From a virus (Duplodnaviria; Caudoviricetes), in IMG/VR virus record IMGVR_UViG_3300023214_000502, positions 1 through 26,025 of that record: 26,025 nucleotides of DNA. The stretch is one strand, 5' to 3'. Position numbers and translations under genes: made by a program. Shown one piece after another: positions 8,755 through 16,080 of the stretch (the first letter of the stretch is position 1; each line of letters begins with the position of its first letter). The notes under the pieces are model-generated. The model was not told where the DNA came from. It was given only the letters and a program-made list of their open reading frames with translations, and ran no database searches.

Positions 8755-11700
8755 TACATATAGCGAGTTAGATGCAATTAGTAAAATTCCAGATATTGTC
8801 AAGAGGGCAAAAGAATATGGGCATTCTCATATTAGTCTGACAGACCATGGTACAGTGGCTGGGTGTCCTGAATTCTATAACGAATGCCACAAACAAGGTA
8901 TTAAACCCATCTTAGCTTGCGAATTCTATATGGTTCCAGACCCTGCTAAATCCAAGGAAGAAAAGTCTAGATTAAATCATCACCTAATTCTTCTTGCCAT
9001 GAATCAAGAGGGGTGGACAAATATCAAAAAACTAACCACTAGGGCAAATGAGCAGTTTTATTACGCTCCTCGTATTGGGTATGAGGACTTAAAGAATTAC
9101 TCAAATGGCCTAATTTGCTTAACGGCTTGTCTTAAGGGGGTTGTTCCTTGGCACATTGCCGCTGAGAAATATGAGGACGCAGAAAAACATCTTATTATCT
9201 TAAAGGGTATTTTTGGCGATAGGTTTTACCTTGAACTTCAAGATGGTGGGCTAGATGTGCAAATTAGAGTCAATGATGTTATGCGTCGTATGGCTCAAAA
9301 GCACGAACTGCCGGTCGTTGGATGTCAAGATGCGCACTATGTGGACCGTAACGACGTAGAGGCTCACGAGGGTATCTGGGCTATTCGAACGCGAAATACA
9401 TTCGATGACCCCGTTGGCTATGGTCCCCGCGACGACGTTGAGGGTCAGAGAACGCGACCATATTACTCCACCAAAGAATATTGGTTAAAAGATGCCCACC
9501 ATATGTTAAACGAAGACCTTACAACGGAAAATGGAGAAAAGCGTCGCAGCACACTCACACAAAAAGAGATTGAGGAAAGTGCGAAAATTGCAGAGCGAAT
9601 TGGCGATGTTGTTATTGAAAAGCGTATGCATCTTCCAAAATACGCATTTATTCCAGATATTTCACAAGTTGGTTGTGCCGTTGACGATTGTGGTGTTGAC
9701 GACATACCCTCTTCGCACTATCATCCAGGTGACATCAAGAGCGGCGAGACGGTCGACTTGGCGTCATTTAATTACCTTTGTGAGCTAATTGCGCGTGGCT
9801 ATGAGCGCGTATACGAACGAAGTTGGCTAAATCGCACAGAAGAGCACCGCAAGCGATTAGCAAAAGAACTAGGGGATATTAAAGATGCGAAATTGGCGGA
9901 CTATTTTCTCATCGTTTGGGATGTTGTGTCCTGGGCTAAATCTCAAGATATCCCCGTGGGACCTGGCCGTGGTTGTCTTACTTCTGACTCTTACGTGTCT
10001 ACTTTGGATGGGTATAAGTCCATAATGGACGTAAGACCAAATGTCGACAAGGTATTTAATAGCACTGGAGACATTGTTTCTGTAATTAATAAGTCGTCTT
10101 TCGATATCAATGAAGAAGTAGTATCGATTAAATCTTACTTTGATTTTTGGTCAACATGTAGGTTTACTAAGGACCACAAGGTTTTAATTAAAGTAGGCGA
10201 CGAGCAAACGGTGTATGGTAAATCTCTTCATCCCTCAAATAAGAAAAACACGTGGGTTGCAGCAGAAGATGTGCAAGTGGGCGACTTTGTTTGCATTCCT
10301 AAAGTCAAGAAGAATTTCCTACAAGAACAAACTATTTCCTTTTGGGATTTTGGTGTTCCTGAACATTGTAGTGAAGATGGAGACCAACTTATCGAAAAGA
10401 TGAGAGTTAATTCGCCTTATGATTTCTCAATTAGGGATGTGAATAAGGCAACTGGTATTGCAAGGTCAACTCTTCATAGAGTGATTGATGAGGGCGTTGA
10501 AAGGTGTCCTGACTCCACTGTTTCTACACTAACAAGCTACCTTATTGATAGCGGATTTGATAGCCTTGACCTTTGGATTTCTTATATTAGAAAGAATATG
10601 TGGAATTACTCAAGGATTTCGCGTAGACTACCAATAGATATGGATTTTGCGAAGTTTGCTGGTTTATGGATTGGAGATGGTTGTTTTAAGTCAGATACAG
10701 GACTTTCAATCTTTCTGGGCACTTCTGATGTCGATGCGATTAGTTTCCTTAAGACATATCTTTCAACTATAGGCGTGAGATTTTCTGTTAGGGACACTTC
10801 TAAGGAAATGGTCGCGGTTGATATTCATAGTAAGCTTTTTAATAGTATGTTTAAGCAAATCTTTGGGAATTGCACATCTCATACAAAGTTTATTCCAGAT
10901 AGCTTTATGCATAGCGAGAATCTACTTAAAGGTCTTCTTGTGGGGTTAATTTGGTCTGATGGTTCCCTGAGTGGTGGTAGGATTTCATTTGATACGACTA
11001 GTGAAGCGCTCATGAATAATATTAGGCTTCTTGGCTATCTACTTGACACTCCGTCGTCAGTCTCGAAGAGAGTATATGATGGAAATGAGGTAGATTCTTA
11101 TAAAATAAGATTCGCCAAAACTAGTGTTATCTGTGAGCTTTTTGGACTTAAGCAAACTAGGCAAAATTATTTCTTTGAGGATGATAAATATTTATACTGT
11201 GCAGTTAGAGAAAAGTCTATTGAAGAGTTTTCTGGTAAAGTCTATGACCTAGCAGTAAGTGGAGATAGTCCAAGTTTTCTTACTGGTGGCTATATTGTAC
11301 ACAATTCTGCTTCCGGCTCTATGGTTAGTTTTTGTTTGGGTATCACTGACGTGGACCCCCTCAAATACGGCCTCATCTGGGAGCGATTCTACAATGCAGG
11401 ACGCAAAGGGTCTCTCGCCGATATCGACATCGACATCGGAAAGAAGGATAGGGAGCGAGTAATCGCATATGTAAAGGAGCGTTTTGGCGAAGACAGAGTT
11501 GCTCCGATTATTACATTTAACACCCTTAAGTCAAAAGCCGCCCTTAAAGACACAGCTAAGCTTCTTGGTAAGCAGGGCGGCATGGCATTTGATGATGCAA
11601 ATGTTATGACTCGCTTTGTTCCCATGAAACACGGTCAGCCAGCTAAAATCGCTGATGCACTCGAAGAAAACGAGAAGCTTGCGGAGTACGCAGAGCGCTA

Positions 11701-11956
11701 TCCGCGCCTTTTTAACGTTGCTCAAAAACTTGAGGGGTGCCCAAAGAGCAGGGGGACTCACGCTGCCGGTATTCTGATTTCCGATAAGCCATTTTCGGAA
11801 GGTTTTCCGCTTAGGTGGAATACAAAAGAAAAGCACCTAATGACGGAATGGGATATGGAGACGATTGATTCGCTAGGGTATCTCAAATTAGACCTATTAA
11901 GCCTTAAAACATTAGACGTTCTAAGTGACATTGAGGATGAAGTAAATGAAACCTGA
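8705..11956 (+). CDS. dnaE: DNA polymerase III alpha, N-terminal part (PHP, palm, thumb), intein-containing
   Basis: HLHLHSTYSELD, TDHG, QDAHY, DYFLIVWD, GPGRG/SASGS, WERFYN, ADIDIDI, GTHAAG, LKLDLLSLKTL, then stop. Confidence 0.95.
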   Translation: MSKKYQKIPMTHLHLHSTYSELDAISKIPDIVKRAKEYGHSHISLTDHGTVAGCPEFYNECHKQGIKPILACEFYMVPDPAKSKEEKSRLNHHLILLAMNQEGWTNIKKLTTRANEQFYYAPRIGYEDLKNYSNGLICLTACLKGVVPWHIAAEKYEDAEKHLIILKGIFGDRFYLELQDGGLDVQIRVNDVMRRMAQKHELPVVGCQDAHYVDRNDVEAHEGIWAIRTRNTFDDPVGYGPRDDVEGQRTRPYYSTKEYWLKDAHHMLNEDLTTENGEKRRSTLTQKEIEESAKIAERIGDVVIEKRMHLPKYAFIPDISQVGCAVDDCGVDDIPSSHYHPGDIKSGETVDLASFNYLCELIARGYERVYERSWLNRTEEHRKRLAKELGDIKDAKLADYFLIVWDVVSWAKSQDIPVGPGRGCLTSDSYVSTLDGYKSIMDVRPNVDKVFNSTGDIVSVINKSSFDINEEVVSIKSYFDFWSTCRFTKDHKVLIKVGDEQTVYGKSLHPSNKKNTWVAAEDVQVGDFVCIPKVKKNFLQEQTISFWDFGVPEHCSEDGDQLIEKMRVNSPYDFSIRDVNKATGIARSTLHRVIDEGVERCPDSTVSTLTSYLIDSGFDSLDLWISYIRKNMWNYSRISRRLPIDMDFAKFAGLWIGDGCFKSDTGLSIFLGTSDVDAISFLKTYLSTIGVRFSVRDTSKEMVAVDIHSKLFNSMFKQIFGNCTSHTKFIPDSFMHSENLLKGLLVGLIWSDGSLSGGRISFDTTSEALMNNIRLLGYLLDTPSSVSKRVYDGNEVDSYKIRFAKTSVICELFGLKQTRQNYFFEDDKYLYCAVREKSIEEFSGKVYDLAVSGDSPSFLTGGYIVHNSASGSMVSFCLGITDVDPLKYGLIWERFYNAGRKGSLADIDIDIGKKDRERVIAYVKERFGEDRVAPIITFNTLKSKAALKDTAKLLGKQGGMAFDDANVMTRFVPMKHGQPAKIADALEENEKLAEYAERYPRLFNVAQKLEGCPKSRGTHAAGILISDKPFSEGFPLRWNTKEKHLMTEWDMETIDSLGYLKLDLLSLKTLDVLSDIEDEVNET
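9974..11305 (+). mobile_element. 444-aa intein with LAGLIDADG endonuclease in DnaE
   Basis: GPGRG|CLTSDSYV...FTKDHKV...AGLWIGDG...GLIWSDG...VYDLAV...IVHN|SASGS; excision restores GPGRGSASGS. Confidence 0.95.
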
Positions 11957-12377
11957 AGTTAAAATTGTGCTAACACATCAAGATGCGAAACTTCCGAGTT
12001 ATGCAAAGCTTGGAGATGCCGGTGCGGATGTTGTAGCAGTTGAATCCGCCACTATTTACCCTGGAACTACAGCAATGATTGATATCGGAATACGGATGGA
12101 GATACCTTCCGGTTGGGAAATGCAAGTTCGTTCGCGAAGTGGACTCGCCGCCAAGCGCAGTTTGTTTGTGCTTAATAGCCCAGGAACAATTGATGAAGGC
12201 TATAGGGGCGCAGTTAAGGTTTTGCTACACAACGCTGGTAAGTGTGTCCAAAGAATTGAAGCTGGTGAGCGAATTGCGCAATTGGTAATTAAGCGAGCAC
12301 CACAAGCTTTCTTTGTAGAAGTTGACGAACTGAGCGAGACAGAGCGCGGCTCGGGCGGCTTTGGAAGCACCGGATGA
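11946..12377 (+). CDS. dut: trimeric dUTPase
   Basis: AGADV, RSRSGLA, NSPGTIDEGYRG, RIAQLV, RGSGGFGSTG. Confidence 0.97.
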   Translation: MKPEVKIVLTHQDAKLPSYAKLGDAGADVVAVESATIYPGTTAMIDIGIRMEIPSGWEMQVRSRSGLAAKRSLFVLNSPGTIDEGYRGAVKVLLHNAGKCVQRIEAGERIAQLVIKRAPQAFFVEVDELSETERGSGGFGSTG

Positions 12378-12535
12378 GAGTCATGGAGTCTTTTGAAGGC
12401 AATAAGGTAATTCGACGCTGGTATTGTTGTGGCCACAAATGGCAGAAGACATTTGAGTTTTCTGACCTAGAAGCTGCGTCATGGACGCCAGTTTGTCCAA
12501 AATGCGAAGGGTGGGACGAATCACAATATGTCTAG
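12374..12535 (+). CDS. 53-aa putative zinc-ribbon protein
   Basis: Not in the track. MRVMESFEGNKVIRRWYCCGHKWQKTFEFSDLEAASWTPVCPKCEGWDESQYV; overlaps both neighbours. Confidence 0.6.
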   Translation: MRVMESFEGNKVIRRWYCCGHKWQKTFEFSDLEAASWTPVCPKCEGWDESQYV

Positions 12536-13004
12536 AAAAAATACATTTTTAAGAGACCTATCTAGAAGCCACGAGGCGGTACATACACTTGCTGAATATT
12601 ATCGCTCTTGTGGATATAAAGTTGAGGAGCACACTAAAGAAAACCAAATACTAGGAGACCTAGATGTTTCTTTTGATGGTGGAGAATCCTTTAACCTAGA
12701 GGTTAAGTACGATATAATGGCAGCGCGAACAGGTAATTTATGCTTTGAATTATCAAATGGCAATAAAGAAACTGGTATTATAACTACAAAATCTGATTAT
12801 GTTTGCTATGTTGTTCCACGTAAAGGCAAAAAAATAGCTTACGTATTTAAAACAAGCGACCTTCAGAAGTTCATTAAAGACCCCGCGAATGTAACTATTA
12901 AAAACGGTGGGGATAAGAAGAAGTTTATTTTAGCGCTTTGCTCAATAGAGAAGATTCGTGAACACGAGGTATTAGACCAGGAGTTCGAAATTGCCTATAT
13001 ATAA
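12528..13004 (+). CDS. PD-(D/E)XK-fold putative endonuclease
   Basis: GDLDV...LEVKYD...TGNLCFE...GIITTKSDY pattern common in phage nucleases. Confidence 0.65.
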   Translation: MSRKNTFLRDLSRSHEAVHTLAEYYRSCGYKVEEHTKENQILGDLDVSFDGGESFNLEVKYDIMAARTGNLCFELSNGNKETGIITTKSDYVCYVVPRKGKKIAYVFKTSDLQKFIKDPANVTIKNGGDKKKFILALCSIEKIREHEVLDQEFEIAYI

Positions 13005-13353
13005 ATATTTATGTGGTGAGTGCAAACATTCCCAAATGGAATCTTTGCCAATCTCATTTGACCCACAAAAAAAACTACATTGTCCAGAGTGTAAAGAGGA
13101 CGCAATGGAGCGCCGCATTATAGCTAGTGAGTTTCCACGCAAAGTAGGTAAAGTTTGGGCTGGTGATTGGTTTGAGAAGACCTATGGGCACGATGTCGGC
13201 GAAGACGCACAGCGTCGTGTTGATAAGAAAGAAGAGTTAGAGAAGGAGCGCAAAGAGCTTGAAGACCTAGGCGTTAGAATTAACTTTAAGTCGCGTCAAG
13301 TCGGAGATGAAAACAGAATTAGCATCAAGGGTAACAAAGGGGAGGACTCTTAG
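12991..13353 (+). CDS. FmdB-family zinc-ribbon protein
   Basis: MPIYKYLCGECKH...CPEC...MERRI; AGGAG RBS before TTG. Confidence 0.75.
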   Translation: MPIYKYLCGECKHSQMESLPISFDPQKKLHCPECKEDAMERRIIASEFPRKVGKVWAGDWFEKTYGHDVGEDAQRRVDKKEELEKERKELEDLGVRINFKSRQVGDENRISIKGNKGEDS

Positions 13354-13955
13354 TGCTTACTGTAATTACTGGTCCGATGTTTAGCGGCAAAACAACACGC
13401 TTACTATCGCTGGTGAGTTCATATCACCATGCTGGTCAAACTGCGTGCATTTATAAGCCATCGAATGATGATAGATATAGCGATGTGCACGTAAGGACTC
13501 ACGATGGTCAGGAAAGAATGGGATATGTGTGTGACAAAGACCATCCAGAATTTATATATAAATGGTCAAAAGATTTTGCGAACTTAATGCCGTCGGAAAA
13601 TTTTACGCCACCAACGATTTTTGGCATTGATGAAGCGCAGTTTTTTGAACTAGATGGGCTTATCGAAGTGGTTTGCAGAATGCTCTATCGTTGGCATGAT
13701 GATTTCCCCTCGCAGCCCAGATTAATCATTAGTGGGTTATCCCAGGATTCTAACGGCGAGCCATTTGGTGCTATGCCACACTTGTTGGCAATTGCTGATG
13801 AAATTATTCACCTAAAAGCCGTTTGTGCTGCTGCTAAAAAATTAAATAGCGCCACAAGAACATACCGAAAAGACAAAACAAATACTAATAAAGTGGCCGT
13901 CGGCGGCGCTGAAATGTATGAGCCCAGGAGTTTTGACGAGTGGTTGAAAAAGTAA
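13353..13955 (+). CDS. tdk: thymidine kinase
   Basis: GPMFSGKT, YKP..DDRY, IDEAQFF, GL..D..GEPFG, LKAVC, VGG.EMYEPR. Confidence 0.93.
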   Translation: MLTVITGPMFSGKTTRLLSLVSSYHHAGQTACIYKPSNDDRYSDVHVRTHDGQERMGYVCDKDHPEFIYKWSKDFANLMPSENFTPPTIFGIDEAQFFELDGLIEVVCRMLYRWHDDFPSQPRLIISGLSQDSNGEPFGAMPHLLAIADEIIHLKAVCAAAKKLNSATRTYRKDKTNTNKVAVGGAEMYEPRSFDEWLKK

Positions 13956-15634
13956 AGAGTGTCCCAAGAGACTATTTAGTAACACCAAAAGCTGAAGGAA
14001 CAGAGATTGTTGACCGCTTCAATGCTATTGAGGCAATTTCAAAGAAAAAGAAAAAGTTAGATTTTAACAAAATTCCACTTGACGACCAAAAAACATGGAA
14101 GCTAATTCAGAGCGGAATGACAAAGGGTGTATTTCAACTCGAAAAGCAGTTGGGCAAGAGGTATTGCAAGGAGATTGCGCCGAGAAATATTAATGAGCTA
14201 TCTGACGTATTGTCTTTAATTCGCCCTGGGTGTCTTGAGGCCGAATTTCGCGAGAAACCAGAGACGCCTGGTGAGTTTTCGTCAATTACACATACATATA
14301 TCAAAGTTAAGGATGGCACGTGGGAGCCGGAATACATTCACCCCGTTCTTGAGCCAATCTTTTCAGAGACATATTCAGTGCCGATTTATCAAGAGCAAAT
14401 CATGCGTATCTGTAGTGATTTTGCAGGATTTACGCTTCAGGAAGCTGATGTTGCTCGCAAGGCTGTTGGTAAAAAGAAGGCCGACGTTATGGCAAAGGTC
14501 AAGATTAATTTTCTTGATGGTGCTGAGAAAAACGGTCACACCAAAGAGCTTGCTGAGACTATTTTTAGTTGGATTGAAAAGTTCTCGGGCTATGGATTCA
14601 ACAAGTCTCACGGCGTAGCATATGCTTTAATTGCATATAAAACAGCTTATGCAAAAGCAAACTATCCAGCGGAATTTTTTCGTGCCATGCTTGCAAATTC
14701 AGATGGCAAGCAGGATAGTCTTGAAGAAATCGAGGAGCTTGTTCACGAGGCGCGCTACTTTAATATTGAGGTCTATCCCCCACGTCTTGATAGGATGAAT
14801 ATTGACTTTGAGATGGATGAGCGAAAGAATATCTACTTTGGGCTTTCGCACATCAAGGGCGTTGGCTCAAACGCTACTGGACAGCTACAAGTAATAAAGA
14901 CCTGTAAGACGCCAGGCGATTTTCTTGTCAAGTGCTTTTCTAAAAGCAAATACACGACATCAACTGGCAAGAAGCGTAATGGAATCACGATTAAGAGTAA
15001 TGTAGCGGAAGCATTGATTAAATCTGGGTGCTTGGATTATCTAGACTATCCAAGAGTTAAACTGTTGGCTCAATACAAATTGCTCAAGATTTTAACAGAG
15101 CGCGAGCGGAAATTCGTATTTGAGAAGCTCCCAGTTTTTGCTGAAGCCAAGAATCCTAATCCACTAAAATCTGCTTATCAAGCACTTCTAGATTCAAAAG
15201 TTCCAAACAAGTCGCGGCGCCCACGAATTATTGAGGCCGTTGATGAGCTTAATCGCTCCCTAGCAGGAAATCCAAAGAGAATGTGTATCGCATACGAGAA
15301 ACACCTCCTTGGTATTCCTCTATCTGGCAGCTTAGTCGAGCTTTATGACAACCCGAAGGTTAACATTAAGCTAAAGAATCTTCCAAAACTTCCAGAGGGA
15401 ACCAAGGGTGCGATTGGCGTAGTTATTGAAAAGGTCAAATTACATAAAGATAAAAATCACAATCAAATGGCATTTCTGACAGTATCTGACGATACATATT
15501 TTTGTGATGGGGTTGTTGTTTTTGCATCGTATTACAATAAAATAGCCTGGATAATTGAAGAGGGTCGCCCTGTTTTAATTACTGGTAAAAAAAATCGCGG
15601 CAGCTTTTTGGCGCGAGATATTTCTCATCTGTAG
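13940..15634 (+). CDS. dnaE: DNA polymerase III alpha, C-terminal part (fingers, HhH, OB fold)
   Basis: IPLDD.KTW, GVFQLE, LIRPG, YQEQIM, ARKAVGKKK, GYGFNKSH, KANYPAEF, FGLSHIKGVG, EKHLLG, MAFLTVSD; AGGAG RBS 9 nt before GTG. Confidence 0.93.
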   Translation: MVEKVKSVPRDYLVTPKAEGTEIVDRFNAIEAISKKKKKLDFNKIPLDDQKTWKLIQSGMTKGVFQLEKQLGKRYCKEIAPRNINELSDVLSLIRPGCLEAEFREKPETPGEFSSITHTYIKVKDGTWEPEYIHPVLEPIFSETYSVPIYQEQIMRICSDFAGFTLQEADVARKAVGKKKADVMAKVKINFLDGAEKNGHTKELAETIFSWIEKFSGYGFNKSHGVAYALIAYKTAYAKANYPAEFFRAMLANSDGKQDSLEEIEELVHEARYFNIEVYPPRLDRMNIDFEMDERKNIYFGLSHIKGVGSNATGQLQVIKTCKTPGDFLVKCFSKSKYTTSTGKKRNGITIKSNVAEALIKSGCLDYLDYPRVKLLAQYKLLKILTERERKFVFEKLPVFAEAKNPNPLKSAYQALLDSKVPNKSRRPRIIEAVDELNRSLAGNPKRMCIAYEKHLLGIPLSGSLVELYDNPKVNIKLKNLPKLPEGTKGAIGVVIEKVKLHKDKNHNQMAFLTVSDDTYFCDGVVVFASYYNKIAWIIEEGRPVLITGKKNRGSFLARDISHL

Positions 15635-15635
15635 G

Positions 15636-15663
15636 TTTACAGAAAATACGAAAGAGCTATGAT
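15636..15663 (+). promoter_or_regulatory. possible sigma70-type promoter for ssb and the downstream glycosyltransferase/glyoxylate genes
   Basis: TTTACA (15636-15641), 16-nt spacer, TATGAT (15658-15663) in the 50-nt gap; AAGGAG RBS follows. Confidence 0.4.
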
Positions 15664-15684
15664 TATAGTAGCAAGGAGAATGTA

Positions 15685-16080
15685 ATGTTTAACGTAAATA
15701 CAGTTGTGCTTGGTGGCCGTTCTTGTAGTGACCCAGAAATTCGCGATACGCCGAATTCTCGCGTCGCCACTATTCGACTCGCAGTAAATGAGCGAGTCAA
15801 GAAGGGCGGCGAGTGGCAAGATGAGACTCTTTATGTTGATTGCGACGCTTGGGCCAAGAAGGTCGATTATGTCGAAAAACATGTGGGTCGCGGAACGCCG
15901 CTTCTAGTTGAGGGTAAACTCAGGATGGATACCTGGGAGAAGGATGGCAAGAATCACCAGAAGCTTAAGCTTTATGTGACAAATCTTCAGGTTGATTTCC
16001 TAGAGAAGAGTAGGGATGGTCAAAGGGCCGCCAATAAGCCAGCGGCAGCTCCAACTGGTGGAGACAATCTGCCATTCTAA
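15685..16080 (+). CDS. ssb: single-stranded DNA-binding protein
   Basis: NTVVLGG...DPEIR...LAVN...DCDAW...GTPLLVEGKL, C-terminal DNLPF. Confidence 0.95.
   Translation: MFNVNTVVLGGRSCSDPEIRDTPNSRVATIRLAVNERVKKGGEWQDETLYVDCDAWAKKVDYVEKHVGRGTPLLVEGKLRMDTWEKDGKNHQKLKLYVTNLQVDFLEKSRDGQRAANKPAAAPTGGDNLPF

Noticed and set aside
11900-14060. Split intein or intron joining the dnaE halves
   Set aside because: No Cys/Ser-initiated N-intein after the N part, no HN-C/S/T in the C-part leader, and the gap is filled with ordinary overlapping genes.
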